Positions 17,020-26,406 of a stretch of 32,000 nucleotides of DNA are shown piece after piece (the stretch's first letter is position 1; each line of letters starts with the position of its first letter). The notes under the pieces were generated by a model that made no database searches, was not told where the DNA came from, and saw only the letters and a list, made by a program, of their open reading frames with translations. Both the position numbers and the translations under genes were made by a program. The DNA comes from Candidatus Jordarchaeales archaeon (GTDB lineage: Archaea > Asgardarchaeota > Jordiarchaeia > Jordiarchaeales > Freyrarchaeaceae), in contig JAWCFL010000002.1 in NCBI GenBank assembly GCA_038858525.1, positions 29,987-61,986 of the forward strand, written 5' to 3'.

Positions 17020-18486
17020 TTGATGCTGAGAATGGACGAAGAAGAGGACGAAGTTTTACAAGTGCCCTACGAGAGGCGGCTTGTCAGGCGCCTCAGTCTT
17101 ACAGAGGCGGTTACGATAGGTGTAGGGGCAAGTATAGGGGCGGGAGTTTTTACATCGATAAATTTGGCGATGTGGGAGGCTGGAGCAGGGAGCATTTTAA
17201 CGTTTTCTTTGTGTAGCGTTGCAGCTCTCCTTGTAGGGTATAATTACGTTAAATTTTCCTCTGTTTTCCCTGAGAGCGGAGCGAGTTACACGTATATTGC
17301 ACGGGCACTTAAGCGTCCCTTCATTGTTTTCGTTTCGGGTTGCACTCTCTGGTTCGCATATGTGATCGCGTGTTCAACGTACACCGTTGGCTTCGCAAAT
17401 TATTTCGATTACATTTTAAATTGGGAAACTAGACAGGTAGTTAACTTCCTGCTTGAAGCTAACGGCTTACGTAGTATCTCGCATCTTGTATGGAACCTTG
17501 TAACGCCATCATGCACCAAAAAAATACTGATGGTTACGTTAACCTTTATTTTTACAGGGCTTAACATAGTTGGCGTCTCTGAGACTGGAAAAATACAGAC
17601 GGCGATGGTTGTCGGGAAAGTTTTAGTACTCCTTTTTTTCGTCATGGTCGGGTTCGCAGAAATTCTTTCAAGACCCAAACTAATATTCACATCACTTCAG
17701 CCTGAAATCGTGTTCTCCCAGTTCTACACTTACTACATTCCATTACTACTTCCGTTTAAAAACTCATTATGGGCCGTGTTCTCCGCCGTTGCCACTGTTT
17801 TCATTGCTTTTGAAGGATTCGACTTAATTCCAACGGCAGGCGAGGAACTCAAAAACCCAAAAGTAATAGGAAGAGCCATTTTTATCACGATAACATCGAT
17901 CTCGGTAATCTATATACTCACGCTCTTCACTTTGCTGTTCCTCGTACCATGGTACGAGGCGGGGGGAAGCGAGGCACCTCTAGCAGAAGCGATGCGGAGA
18001 ACGTGGCTGAACGGGTATGGGGAGGTCATCTTGGTTGCTGGCGGCGTTCTTTCAACGGCATCTGCGTTTAACGCTACACTATTCGGGGCATCTAGGTTAA
18101 TGTACGCTATGGCTAGAGAGAGAGTATTACCTGAGAGGCTTTCAAACCTCAGCAGGAAGGAGCGAGTGCCATATATTAGCATTCTTTTAGCTTCGCTCGT
18201 CTCTCTTCTATTTGCATTAACAGAAAATCTTGAGCTTGTGACTAGTATGACCGGCGTGGCATTCATGTTGATCTTTTTACTTGTAAGCGTCTCGAACATC
18301 CAGCTTAGGAGCAAAACTAAGTGTAACGTACTAATACCCATAGCAGCGGTCGTGCTTCTCGCTATCTTCTTGCTCTCAGTAAAACTCTACATTATAGAAG
18401 CCTTTTTGCTCCTACTTGGAGCAATAAGTGCAGTATACTTCATCCTTAGGAAAACGCGAGCAAAACGGGGCATGAAGACCGCTTAA
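17020..18486 (+). CDS. APC-superfamily amino acid/polyamine permease
   Basis: TM1 IGVGASIGAGVF, FPESGASYTY, TM6 FIAFEGFDLIPTAGEELKNPK, SRLMYAMARE, and about 12 hydrophobic segments. Start may be ATG 17023 or 17032. Confidence 0.93.
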   Translation: MMLRMDEEEDEVLQVPYERRLVRRLSLTEAVTIGVGASIGAGVFTSINLAMWEAGAGSILTFSLCSVAALLVGYNYVKFSSVFPESGASYTYIARALKRPFIVFVSGCTLWFAYVIACSTYTVGFANYFDYILNWETRQVVNFLLEANGLRSISHLVWNLVTPSCTKKILMVTLTFIFTGLNIVGVSETGKIQTAMVVGKVLVLLFFVMVGFAEILSRPKLIFTSLQPEIVFSQFYTYYIPLLLPFKNSLWAVFSAVATVFIAFEGFDLIPTAGEELKNPKVIGRAIFITITSISVIYILTLFTLLFLVPWYEAGGSEAPLAEAMRRTWLNGYGEVILVAGGVLSTASAFNATLFGASRLMYAMARERVLPERLSNLSRKERVPYISILLASLVSLLFALTENLELVTSMTGVAFMLIFLLVSVSNIQLRSKTKCNVLIPIAAVVLLAIFLLSVKLYIIEAFLLLLGAISAVYFILRKTRAKRGMKTA

Positions 18487-19333
18487 GAAGAGTGTTCAAA
18501 AAGGAGGCGTAGGATAGAGGAACCATGTGCGTGACGCGTGAAGGATACCTTTTACGGTTTACTCCAACCAAAATGATGTCTGCCTTGACCTCGCTCGCAT
18601 AAATCGCTAATCCCTCGGCTCCATTTCTAGCATAGAGAGTTACAGGAGTGACAGGCATACCCATATCCTTAATTTTGATTCCAAGGTGGCGTATGAAGTT
18701 TTCTTCTTCTTTTTTAACTTCTTCAGCTACATATGCTAAGTCTATTGGAACCGACGAATGTACTCTTACTGGGTGGACAGATATCACTTCGCCCCTACTT
18801 GACAATCTAGACCTAGTGAGAACCATGGCGACGTCGTATGCGTTGATGTCTTCGCTCATATTCTTGTGGACAATTAATACTCTGGTTAAGAAACGTGGAA
18901 TAACACCGTATTCCTTCGGGGTGTGAACAACTATCATTTTAGTTTTGCTTTTCTTGATCAGCTTTCTAGCTACATCCCCAAAAATTCTTATTCCACGTCC
19001 TGAAGAACAAACGCAAAGGTCATAATAATTTTCCTCTAGCTCACTAAGCAAATCATCGGCTACATCTTTTCTCTTTCTCTCACGATACAACACGCGGAAG
19101 TTTACTTTGAACTCCTTTGCAATGCTAGAAATTGCGTCTACGAATTGCTGGTCAAATTTTTTGTCTTTAAGGACGTGGAAGCCTACGACCTCTCCCCCCA
19201 TTTCTTCAACTATATAAAAAGCTATGATTGCAGCATTAATTTCATCCTTTCTGCCAGTGAACGGAAAGAATACCTTCAAGACAGGAGTAAGCCACTCCTC
19301 CCTCAACAGCTCTTCCTCCAAAGGCGCATACAT
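18446..19333 (-). CDS. Tandem universal stress protein (USP)-like domain protein
   Basis: Two USP-like repeats: KVFFPFTG...YDLCVCSSGRG...GDVARKLIKKSKTKMIVV and RVLIV...KADIILVG...LLKRSSCPVLL. Confidence 0.72.
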   Translation of the reverse strand: MYAPLEEELLREEWLTPVLKVFFPFTGRKDEINAAIIAFYIVEEMGGEVVGFHVLKDKKFDQQFVDAISSIAKEFKVNFRVLYRERKRKDVADDLLSELEENYYDLCVCSSGRGIRIFGDVARKLIKKSKTKMIVVHTPKEYGVIPRFLTRVLIVHKNMSEDINAYDVAMVLTRSRLSSRGEVISVHPVRVHSSVPIDLAYVAEEVKKEEENFIRHLGIKIKDMGMPVTPVTLYARNGAEGLAIYASEVKADIILVGVNRKRYPSRVTHMVPLSYASFLNTLLKRSSCPVLLAFS

Positions 19334-19445
19334 AATAACCTATTCACACCTACCTCGCAAAACATCCACTTAAAACCTAAGAGTTCACCTAATTTAAAGT
19401 AAGCGACGCTTTAAAACCCAAAAAGTGGAACTTCAAGGGGGAAAG

Positions 19446-19634
19446 TTATATTATCCTGACCCTTGTTAAAGGTTTTTTGTTTTGCCAAGAGTAGCTTCTT
19501 ATTCTTTTAGAGCGACCAAAGCCGCATGCCGCACACCTTTTCTTATGTATGTGGTACGCGCGTCTACCGCATCTTCTACATCTTATGTGCGTCTTCTTAT
19601 TTTTCTTACCTCTAGCCGGAGTTCCCTTCCCCAT
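19446..19634 (-). CDS. rpl37e: 50S ribosomal protein L37e
   Basis: [28 protein letters not shown]...CAACGFG zinc finger. Confidence 0.98.
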   Translation of the reverse strand: MGKGTPARGKKNKKTHIRCRRCGRRAYHIHKKRCAACGFGRSKRIRSYSWQNKKPLTRVRII

Positions 19635-19647
19635 ACGGCAAACCTCC

Positions 19648-19899
19648 TTAGTCTGATTGAGACTTAACAGCTGGACTTAACATTATCACGTTATCTCCTC
19701 TAACTATTACAGTTCCTATCTGTTTAGGCTCGGAGTTCTTATCAATGATTTCTTCAGCTTCCCCAAGTATAAGGTTCATATGGGCGTCGAAACCCTTAAG
19801 CTTTCCTCGCAGTTCTCTGCCTCCCTTAAGCTTCACGAGAACCCTAGCGTTTAAAGACCTAGAAAGAAGATCCGTGGGCTTTTGTCCTTGACCACTCAT
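19648..19899 (-). CDS. Sm-like (Lsm/SmAP1) RNA-binding protein
   Basis: Sm1 [26 protein letters not shown] and Sm2 IVRGDNV; classical linkage to rpl37e. Likely start is ATG 19899; the ORF-track extension to 20031 looks non-coding. Confidence 0.95.
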   Translation of the reverse strand: MSGQGQKPTDLLSRSLNARVLVKLKGGRELRGKLKGFDAHMNLILGEAEEIIDKNSEPKQIGTVIVRGDNVIMLSPAVKSQSD

Positions 19900-20460
19900 A
19901 AGTTCCCTCTCCCAGAACTGACTAAATGAAAGAGTCCTTCTGAAGTTAGAGGCAGAAGATCCGTTATTTAAGGATATCGATTCAACTCCACCTAATACAG
20001 AACCACCTAGGCGTGTTATACAGGTAAGCAAACAGCTTCCGGCTACAACTTTTTATGAATGTTTCTCCCTTCCATCATGGAATATCCAGTATGGGCTCTG
20101 TTTCTGAGGGTAGCAGTGACTATGACGCCTGTTCACCATCCATACTATTGGCGGCGGCGGCGAAAACCATCAAAAGCACCAGTCAATAGAGGGAGTAATG
20201 AAAATCCCGTGAATCCCGTAACGGAAACCAAATAGCAAAGGGAATCGTGATTTTTGCTGAAGTCCCTAAGGAAAAATTCTCCTCCTTTTTATACCCGGCG
20301 AAGGACGTTATGAAACGTTACTGTTGATAGCGAAGACCATAATGAAGCTCCAAGACAAGGGAGGGGACGTAAAAAACTCATGAGCTTCGCCAGAGTCATA
20401 ACTTTGAGGTAGGAGTTATTTTATTATGCCTCTTATTTTCTCTTGTCGGAGGTGAGCTGC

Positions 20461-20925
20461 TTGGGGAGTTTGTTTATCCATAGAAAAGGCGAGGTAACTT
20501 TGAATGACATATTAAGGAAAGTTAAGTCAAACCCTAGAATCAGTGAAGTTGGGGCCATAGCGTGCTTTATCGGAGTTGTCAGAGGAGTTACTAAGAACGG
20601 CTCGCCAGTGGAAGGTTTGGAAATTGAGGCTTACGAGGAAAAAGCTAACGAAACCATGGCTAGAATCTGCGAGGAGCTCTCTCAGAGGAAGGGAATAGTT
20701 GATGTTCAAATACATCATAACATTGGCTCTTTTAATGTGGGAGACGAACTTGTTTACGTTGTCGTTGCTGGAGGACACCGCGAGCAGGTGTTTCCCGTGC
20801 TTGTGGAAGCCGTAGAGCGATATAAAAAAGAGGCAGAGTTGTGGAAGAAAGAATATACTTGCAATGGAGCATACTGGGTAGGTGACGAGAGAAGTGACAA
20901 AAACGGGGGAAAAAAGAACATGTAA
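20461..20925 (+). CDS. moaE: Molybdopterin synthase catalytic subunit MoaE
   Basis: GAIACFIGVVR, EAYEEKA, HNIG..NVGD..VYVVVAGGHR and KKEAELWKKE. TTG 20461 follows GGAGGTGA. Confidence 0.92.
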   Translation: MGSLFIHRKGEVTLNDILRKVKSNPRISEVGAIACFIGVVRGVTKNGSPVEGLEIEAYEEKANETMARICEELSQRKGIVDVQIHHNIGSFNVGDELVYVVVAGGHREQVFPVLVEAVERYKKEAELWKKEYTCNGAYWVGDERSDKNGGKKNM

Positions 20926-20945
20926 AGGTTTAGGAGGTGCGTATT

Positions 20946-21437
20946 TTGATTATAGGTGTTATGTCTGACTCGCATGACAACATGGAGGCTATAAGGAGGG
21001 CTGTGGAGTTTTTCAATAGCGAGGGAGTGGAGCTTGTGGTTCACGCAGGGGACATAATTAGTCCCTTCACCATTAGGGCGTTTAGAGAGCTGGCTTGCCC
21101 CATCAAAGCGGTCACTGGAAACAATGATGGAGACTTCTTGTCTCTCAGGAAGTTATTTGATGGCAAGGGGGAAATAAGCAGCTTCTTCATCTCTTTAGAA
21201 ATGAGTGGAGTGAAGATCGCGGTTAACCACGGGCACTACCCCGACGTCTTAGAAGCGTTAATCACTTCTGGGAAATATGATGTAGTGATTTGCGGGCACA
21301 CGCATGAACAAGTAAACAAGAAAATGGGAAGCACACTCGTCGTAAATCCAGGTGAAACTTGCGGTTACCTGACAGGAAAAAGAAGCGTTGCAGTTCTAGA
21401 TCTAAGGGAGATACGAGCAGAGATAATCGAGATTTAG
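20946..21437 (+). CDS. YfcE/MJ0936-family metallophosphoesterase
   Basis: SDSHDN, HAGD, GNND, HGH, CGHTH and NPG calcineurin-like motifs are intact. TTG 20946 follows AGGAGGTG. Confidence 0.92.
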   Translation: MIIGVMSDSHDNMEAIRRAVEFFNSEGVELVVHAGDIISPFTIRAFRELACPIKAVTGNNDGDFLSLRKLFDGKGEISSFFISLEMSGVKIAVNHGHYPDVLEALITSGKYDVVICGHTHEQVNKKMGSTLVVNPGETCGYLTGKRSVAVLDLREIRAEIIEI

Positions 21438-21455
21438 CTCTATCAACCGCCTTTC

Positions 21456-22655
21456 TTATTTGACTTTTCTCATTTTTGCTATGAAGAAGCCAGGGGTTCC
21501 ATGTACGTCAGGAAAGAAGCGTTGAACTAGCTTAGCGTTTCTGAAGAACTCGAGTCCTCTATCTCCAAGGTATAATGGCTGCTCTTCAACCTCTAAACCA
21601 AGCTCCTCAATGCAGAACTCCACGTTCTCCTCATTTTCTTCCGAGGTTATTGTGCACGTGCTGTAGACGAGCACGCCTCCAGGCTTTAGTATACGCGCGG
21701 CAACCTTGAGGAGTTGACGTTGATATTTCGCCACAGCATGGACCATTGCCGCCTTTTTCTCCTCATAAAGCTTAGGTCTTAGTCCTAGGTCGGAACACGG
21801 CGGGTCTACCAAGACGGCGTCAGCGCTTAAACCGGGATATTCCACTTCGATGAACAAAGAGTTCTTCACCGAAACAACGACGTTTTTCAGCTTCATCCGC
21901 CTTAGGTGTTCCCTCATCCTTTGAGCCCTGCTTTCAGACCTGTCGAATGCCAAAACAAGACCATGCCCCTGCATTAGCTGAGCTATATGTGTCGCTTTTC
22001 CTCCAGGCGCTGCACACATATCCACGACAAGGCTTCCCGGCTTAGGATCTAAAACACGGCTTGTTAAGATTGCAGGCAGACTTTGCTCGTAGATATATCC
22101 CTCCTCATAGAGAAATGTCCTCCTGATGCTTGGAACTCTGTATAGTGACTCAACTACCTTGACCGCTATTCCCCTTCTTAATGAATGCATTTCGTCTGCA
22201 TCCATCAAGGCGACTCCCGAGGCTACCTGCTCACCATGCTTATCGACGATCGCCACTTTATCTCCCTTCCTAACACCCTTAGCCGTTACAACGCCGGGTG
22301 CGTAAAGGTCTGCGCCGATCATCACTGACTCGCATGCCAGCTTGTCGGCTACAACCTTTTTCTTGCATGGTTTGACGTCGAATGGTCCTTCTACTTGTAT
22401 GCCTACTGCTTCCTCCAGCTGGGGGTGCGGGATCGCCTTTACGCCAAGTTCCTCCAGTTTTCTAACGACGTCATCTCTATCCGCAATTAGCGTGTTAACG
22501 CGCAGATAGTAAATTGGTGGCGGCGTCTTAAGGCATCTAAGTATGTTCTCGCACCTCTCGAAACCGAAGGTCTTAGAGAGCAAGGCAACTATGTCTGGGG
22601 GAAAACGATATTTTTCTGCTAACTTTAAAGAGCGTTCATCAACGGTCAAAACCAT
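21456..22655 (-). CDS. PUA-domain RsmB/NOP2-family m5C methyltransferase (NSUN6-like)
   Basis: YLRVNTL, PUA segment (ESVMIGADLYAPGV...KGDKV), EQSLPA, DMCAAPGGKAT, DPPCSDLG and YSTCT. Likely start is ATG 22655. Confidence 0.92.
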   Translation of the reverse strand: MVLTVDERSLKLAEKYRFPPDIVALLSKTFGFERCENILRCLKTPPPIYYLRVNTLIADRDDVVRKLEELGVKAIPHPQLEEAVGIQVEGPFDVKPCKKKVVADKLACESVMIGADLYAPGVVTAKGVRKGDKVAIVDKHGEQVASGVALMDADEMHSLRRGIAVKVVESLYRVPSIRRTFLYEEGYIYEQSLPAILTSRVLDPKPGSLVVDMCAAPGGKATHIAQLMQGHGLVLAFDRSESRAQRMREHLRRMKLKNVVVSVKNSLFIEVEYPGLSADAVLVDPPCSDLGLRPKLYEEKKAAMVHAVAKYQRQLLKVAARILKPGGVLVYSTCTITSEENEENVEFCIEELGLEVEEQPLYLGDRGLEFFRNAKLVQRFFPDVHGTPGFFIAKMRKVK

Positions 22656-23211
22656 GACGCTTTCCCCTTCTGGAGCGGGCACGTTTAAGCTTGCCGCCGC
22701 AAACTTCACATGTCTCGCCCGTATAACTTAACGGGTAACTCCGCCTACATGAGGAGCAATAAAGCTTCCATTTAACGATGTTTCGTATGCCGTCACGCAT
22801 TAATGGCTTAAAGGCGAAGCCCGCCTCGCGTGCGACGTTTTGAAGAGCATAATCGTCAGTAACTATTACGGGCTCATAGCCTTCAGCGGCGAGGTCGAAG
22901 GCTAGAGCCATAACGTGCTTATCTACCATCGAAAGCGTTTTGATGTCGCCTGTTTTCTCCGCGACTTCCTCAGCCAGCCTTACGCCTCTGTCGCTCGGAA
23001 CTCTAATTATTATGTCGCCGCTTTTTACCCCCACCTCTAAGAGGGAGCGAGATCGTTGATCTTTAAGTTCTTCTTCGACTGTAACAGGAGCATATTGCTT
23101 TTCCTTGATAAGATGGGGGGGATACCCCCCGATGAACGCGGATGAGTCTACCACATAGACTTTTTCCTTTGGCAGCTTCACCTTTTTCCTCAAGAAGGAT
23201 GCATCATTCAT
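22639..23211 (-). CDS. nob1: Endoribonuclease Nob1 (PIN domain plus Zn ribbon)
   Basis: VVDSSAFI, LSMVDKHVMALA and TDDYALQNVA (PIN), plus CSSC...CEVCGG. Confidence 0.92.
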   Translation of the reverse strand: MNDASFLRKKVKLPKEKVYVVDSSAFIGGYPPHLIKEKQYAPVTVEEELKDQRSRSLLEVGVKSGDIIIRVPSDRGVRLAEEVAEKTGDIKTLSMVDKHVMALAFDLAAEGYEPVIVTDDYALQNVAREAGFAFKPLMRDGIRNIVKWKLYCSSCRRSYPLSYTGETCEVCGGKLKRARSRRGKRHGFDR

Positions 23212-23606
23212 TTTTTGACGCGAGTGATCTTTTTTCTCCCCATTATGTCCCAGTATTCTACTTCGACGCCCTCAGTAATCTTTGATGCCAAGTCCTCTTC
23301 TTCGGGAAGGGGTGTCTCAAAGGTTTGATACGTCTCAAGGTCCATTAGTAGAAGGTTGTTCCCCATTATCGAGACAACCTGCCCGTTTCTCTTATCAATA
23401 ACGGGAACTTCAACTTTGCTATCTGATGGGAGAACCATGTCCTTCTTAGCTCCGTCAAAGAGTCCAATAGCAACTATCCGGGTTTTCGCTGAGCCATGTT
23501 TTCCAACCTTGGAAGTTGCCAAGTCAACGATCCTGCAAGGCTCGTCATCTATTACGATGAAGGAGTTCACTTTAAGTTTGGAAACTTCCGTTATCCTCTT
23601 ACTCAA
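23208..23606 (-). CDS. eif5a: Translation factor aIF5A
   Basis: IDDEPCRIV...SKVGKHGSAK (hypusine loop), VEVPVIDKR and MDLETY. Confidence 0.97.
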   Translation of the reverse strand: MSKRITEVSKLKVNSFIVIDDEPCRIVDLATSKVGKHGSAKTRIVAIGLFDGAKKDMVLPSDSKVEVPVIDKRNGQVVSIMGNNLLLMDLETYQTFETPLPEEEDLASKITEGVEVEYWDIMGRKKITRVKK

Positions 23607-23619
23607 TTTCAGTTCACCC

Positions 23620-24087
23620 CTACTCCACTTTTATTGGTGTTGCTTTAAACTTCTTGGGCAAAACTACTTGCAAGATGCCGTTTTTAAAGGTGGCTTTTGC
23701 TTCCTCCGGAACGACTTTTTCCGGGAGCCTTATAAACTTACGGTATTTTCTGAAGGATGTTTCCCGCTGTATCGTACCCCACTTCTCGAAACGCACTTCT
23801 TTTTTCATGTTCGCAGTAAACTCCAACGAGTCCTCCGTCGCGCTTATCCTGATGTCGTTCTTGTTCTCAACGTATGGCAAATCAGCGGTCACAATCACGC
23901 TCTCAGGAGTAGTTTCAACATGAACTAGCGGTTCAATGCAGCACATTTCAGCATCCCAGTCAGGTTTAGAAAGACTCATGGCTTCAAACATAGACTCAAC
24001 AAACTCATCTATTTCCTCTCCTATCTCTGTGAAGTAGTTCAGTATTCTTTCGAAGAAAGACTCACCCCTTCTTCTCCTCTCATACAT
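23620..24087 (-). CDS. hsp20: Small heat shock protein (Hsp20/alpha-crystallin)
   Basis: EPLVHV...VTADLPYV and RLPEKVVPEEAKATFKNGILQVVLPK. Confidence 0.93.
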   Translation of the reverse strand: MYERRRRGESFFERILNYFTEIGEEIDEFVESMFEAMSLSKPDWDAEMCCIEPLVHVETTPESVIVTADLPYVENKNDIRISATEDSLEFTANMKKEVRFEKWGTIQRETSFRKYRKFIRLPEKVVPEEAKATFKNGILQVVLPKKFKATPIKVE

Positions 24088-24099
24088 CCCTTATCCCCC

Positions 24100-24852
24100 C
24101 TACGAGTACATTGCGGGCAACTCATACTCTTGCGACTTGCCCATCCTCTCCATCTCCAGCATAGTCCTTTTCATTAAGTCCTTCATCCTGAGCCTTATTT
24201 CCTCAGCCTGCTCCTCAAGGGGTGCTACGTCTATTCCAACATTGACAACTTTGCTGAGAACCTCTGCGGTGGCTGCCGCGGCGCCAGGGTCAGGGTAGTT
24301 AGGGTAGCTTTGAGATAGAAGCGTCAAACAAGGCAGACCTGATCTCTCACATTCAGCGATTATCCGCGCGTATGGACCAACTATCATACCCTCTTCGAAA
24401 AGTTCTATACTAAGCGACTCCACGAGTTTCCCAACAGTGCCGCCTACGGGTATAGCAAAAACTTTAGGTTTATCGATCATCATCCTGTTCGGAACAGGAG
24501 TCCCTCCTATTGGCAATATGAGCGAGACGTTCTTGCTTCTAGCCCAATCACATATTTCACGCGCCGTATCATAGATCGCGATGGGTGGAATAGCGATCTC
24601 CGACACTAACAGAAGCAAGTCGTCTTTCCGGTACAACCGGAAGGGGTGGTGTGGCTTGCCTTTGTGGAGTATAATAATCGGCGGGAAGAGATCCGACTCT
24701 ATGTGTCCCACTTCTTTCATATCCATTGTTTGAATCATATGGTTCGCCAGTATAACGCCTACCAAGCCAACGTCAGGCAACCCTATTACGATCTTAGGGT
24801 TTTTAACATTGATGTCGCCTGTTTCAACGATGCTAACAAACTTCTTCTCCAA
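24100..24852 (-). CDS. PAC2-family proteasome assembly chaperone (PbaA/PbaB-like)
   Basis: IGLPDVGLVGVIL, PFRLY, LVSEIAIPP, GMIVGP and YPDPGAAA...L. Confidence 0.9.
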   Translation of the reverse strand: MEKKFVSIVETGDINVKNPKIVIGLPDVGLVGVILANHMIQTMDMKEVGHIESDLFPPIIILHKGKPHHPFRLYRKDDLLLLVSEIAIPPIAIYDTAREICDWARSKNVSLILPIGGTPVPNRMMIDKPKVFAIPVGGTVGKLVESLSIELFEEGMIVGPYARIIAECERSGLPCLTLLSQSYPNYPDPGAAAATAEVLSKVVNVGIDVAPLEEQAEEIRLRMKDLMKRTMLEMERMGKSQEYELPAMYS

Positions 24853-24890
24853 TTTTTATCCCTCCTAAACCCCGCACAAAAAATGGTTTA

Positions 24891-24910
24891 AAAAACACGC
24901 TAATAAGCGT
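24891..24910 (-). terminator. Possible hairpin plus U-tract after gatB (or an internal promoter for the PAC2 gene)
   Basis: On the minus strand, ACGCT-TATT-AGCGT (5-bp stem) is followed by GTTTTTT, about 10 nt after the gatB stop. The stem is short, so this is weak. Confidence 0.3.
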
Positions 24911-24919
24911 TTTCAACGT

Positions 24920-26395
24920 TTAACTTCTCGAAGGTATAGCTCGATTTTCCTCGAGTTTGGATAATATCACTTTATTAGTGACATCTGGATCAGCGCGGCC
25001 ACGAGTTTTCTTCATGACTTGTCCTACCAGAAAGTTGACCGCTTTTCGGTCTCTTCTAGCGTCTTCAACTGCTTTCGGGAATTCGCGGAAAACCTCGTCT
25101 GCTAGTTTCGAGATAACATTTTCATCGCTTATCTTTAACAATCCTTCGTCCTCCACCACAATGCGTGGAGGCCTTCCCGTTCTAATAGATTCTCTTAGAA
25201 CTCTCTTCGCTATCTTCCCACTTATCAATCCTTCATCAATCATCTTGATCATTTCTATGAACTGCTCAGCAGTAATGGACATTTCCGTTACGTCCATCCC
25301 GGTTTCGTTTATGTTTCTCAGAAGGTCGCTCATTATCCAGTTAGCGATCTTCTTCGGGTTAGAGTAGAGCTTGCAGCACTCCTCGAAAAAGTCAGCTATC
25401 TTCTTGCTGCTGGTCAGAACGATGGCGTCGTATTCAGGTATTCCGTAATCCGAAATGAAGCGTTCCTTCCGGGCGTCCGGCAACTCAGGCATCTGAGACG
25501 CTACCTTGCTAACCCATTCCTCCGGGATTTTTACGGGGACTAGGTCTGGCTCAGGGAAGTATCTGTAGTCGCTTTCGGTCTCCTTGACTCTTAAAGAAAC
25601 AGTTATCTGTCTGTCTTCATCCCAGTGGCGGGTTTCCTGCTTTGTGACGCCGCCTCGCCTCAATAGCTGTTTTTGCCGCATTATCTCGTATTGAAGCGCG
25701 CGGCGAACATCCCTGAACGATGAAATGTTCTTTATTTCTACTCTGGCGCCCCCCATTATGGAAATGTTGGCGTCGCACCTCATGGATCCCTGCATGTTCT
25801 CGCTTGAAACGCCTAGGTGCTCCAGTATTGACCTTAGCTTCTGGAGGAAAAAGTATGCCTCCTCAGGCGTCTCCATGTCGGGTTCAGTTACTATTTCGAG
25901 GAGGGCTACACCAGCCCTGTTGAAGTCGACCAGCGTATAGGGAGCAGATGTTATGGTTCCCGGGTAAGTCAGACGCGCCGGGTCTTCCTCCAGCTGTATA
26001 CGCCTTATCCTAACCTTTTTTCTCTCTCCGTTGACGCTGAACTCCACCCACCCACCAGTAGAGAGAGGAGCACCGCCAGCCTTGTCGTACTGGGAAATCT
26101 GGAAGTTTTTGGGAAGGTCTACGTAGAAGTAGTTCTTTCTAAAGAAGAACATTTGAGGTGAAATCGAAGAGTTGAGAGCCAAGGCGACCATCATGGCATG
26201 TTCTACCGCTTTCCTGTTTAGGACTGGTAAGGTGCCCGGATGACCTAGGCATATAGGGCAGGTAAGCGTATTCGGAGGCATTCCCCTATAATTCGCAGAG
26301 CAACTACAGAATAACTTGGTTTTAAGCGCGGTGAGCTGAACATGCACTTCTAACCCTATCTTCACGCCTAGCTCTTCACTTCTTTCTATTGGCAT
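24920..26395 (-). CDS. gatB: Asp-tRNA(Asn)/Glu-tRNA(Gln) amidotransferase subunit B
   Basis: IGLEVHVQL, KLFCSC, RKNYFYVDLPKNFQISQY, EIVTEPD, GSMRCDANIS and YRYFPEPDL. No GatE-type insertion (491 aa). Confidence 0.97.
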   Translation of the reverse strand: MPIERSEELGVKIGLEVHVQLTALKTKLFCSCSANYRGMPPNTLTCPICLGHPGTLPVLNRKAVEHAMMVALALNSSISPQMFFFRKNYFYVDLPKNFQISQYDKAGGAPLSTGGWVEFSVNGERKKVRIRRIQLEEDPARLTYPGTITSAPYTLVDFNRAGVALLEIVTEPDMETPEEAYFFLQKLRSILEHLGVSSENMQGSMRCDANISIMGGARVEIKNISSFRDVRRALQYEIMRQKQLLRRGGVTKQETRHWDEDRQITVSLRVKETESDYRYFPEPDLVPVKIPEEWVSKVASQMPELPDARKERFISDYGIPEYDAIVLTSSKKIADFFEECCKLYSNPKKIANWIMSDLLRNINETGMDVTEMSITAEQFIEMIKMIDEGLISGKIAKRVLRESIRTGRPPRIVVEDEGLLKISDENVISKLADEVFREFPKAVEDARRDRKAVNFLVGQVMKKTRGRADPDVTNKVILSKLEENRAIPSRS

Positions 26396-26406
26396 TTTCC
26401 CAGCCT

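Noticed and set aside
19900-20031. 44-aa N-terminal extension of the Lsm ORF
   Set aside because: SmAP1 proteins begin just before the Sm1 motif; ATG 19899 has a purine-rich SD-like tract upstream.
20946-21437. Vps29 (retromer) eukaryotic-signature call
   Set aside because: All metal-binding motifs are intact and match the widespread YfcE/MJ0936 family; nothing Vps29-specific is visible.
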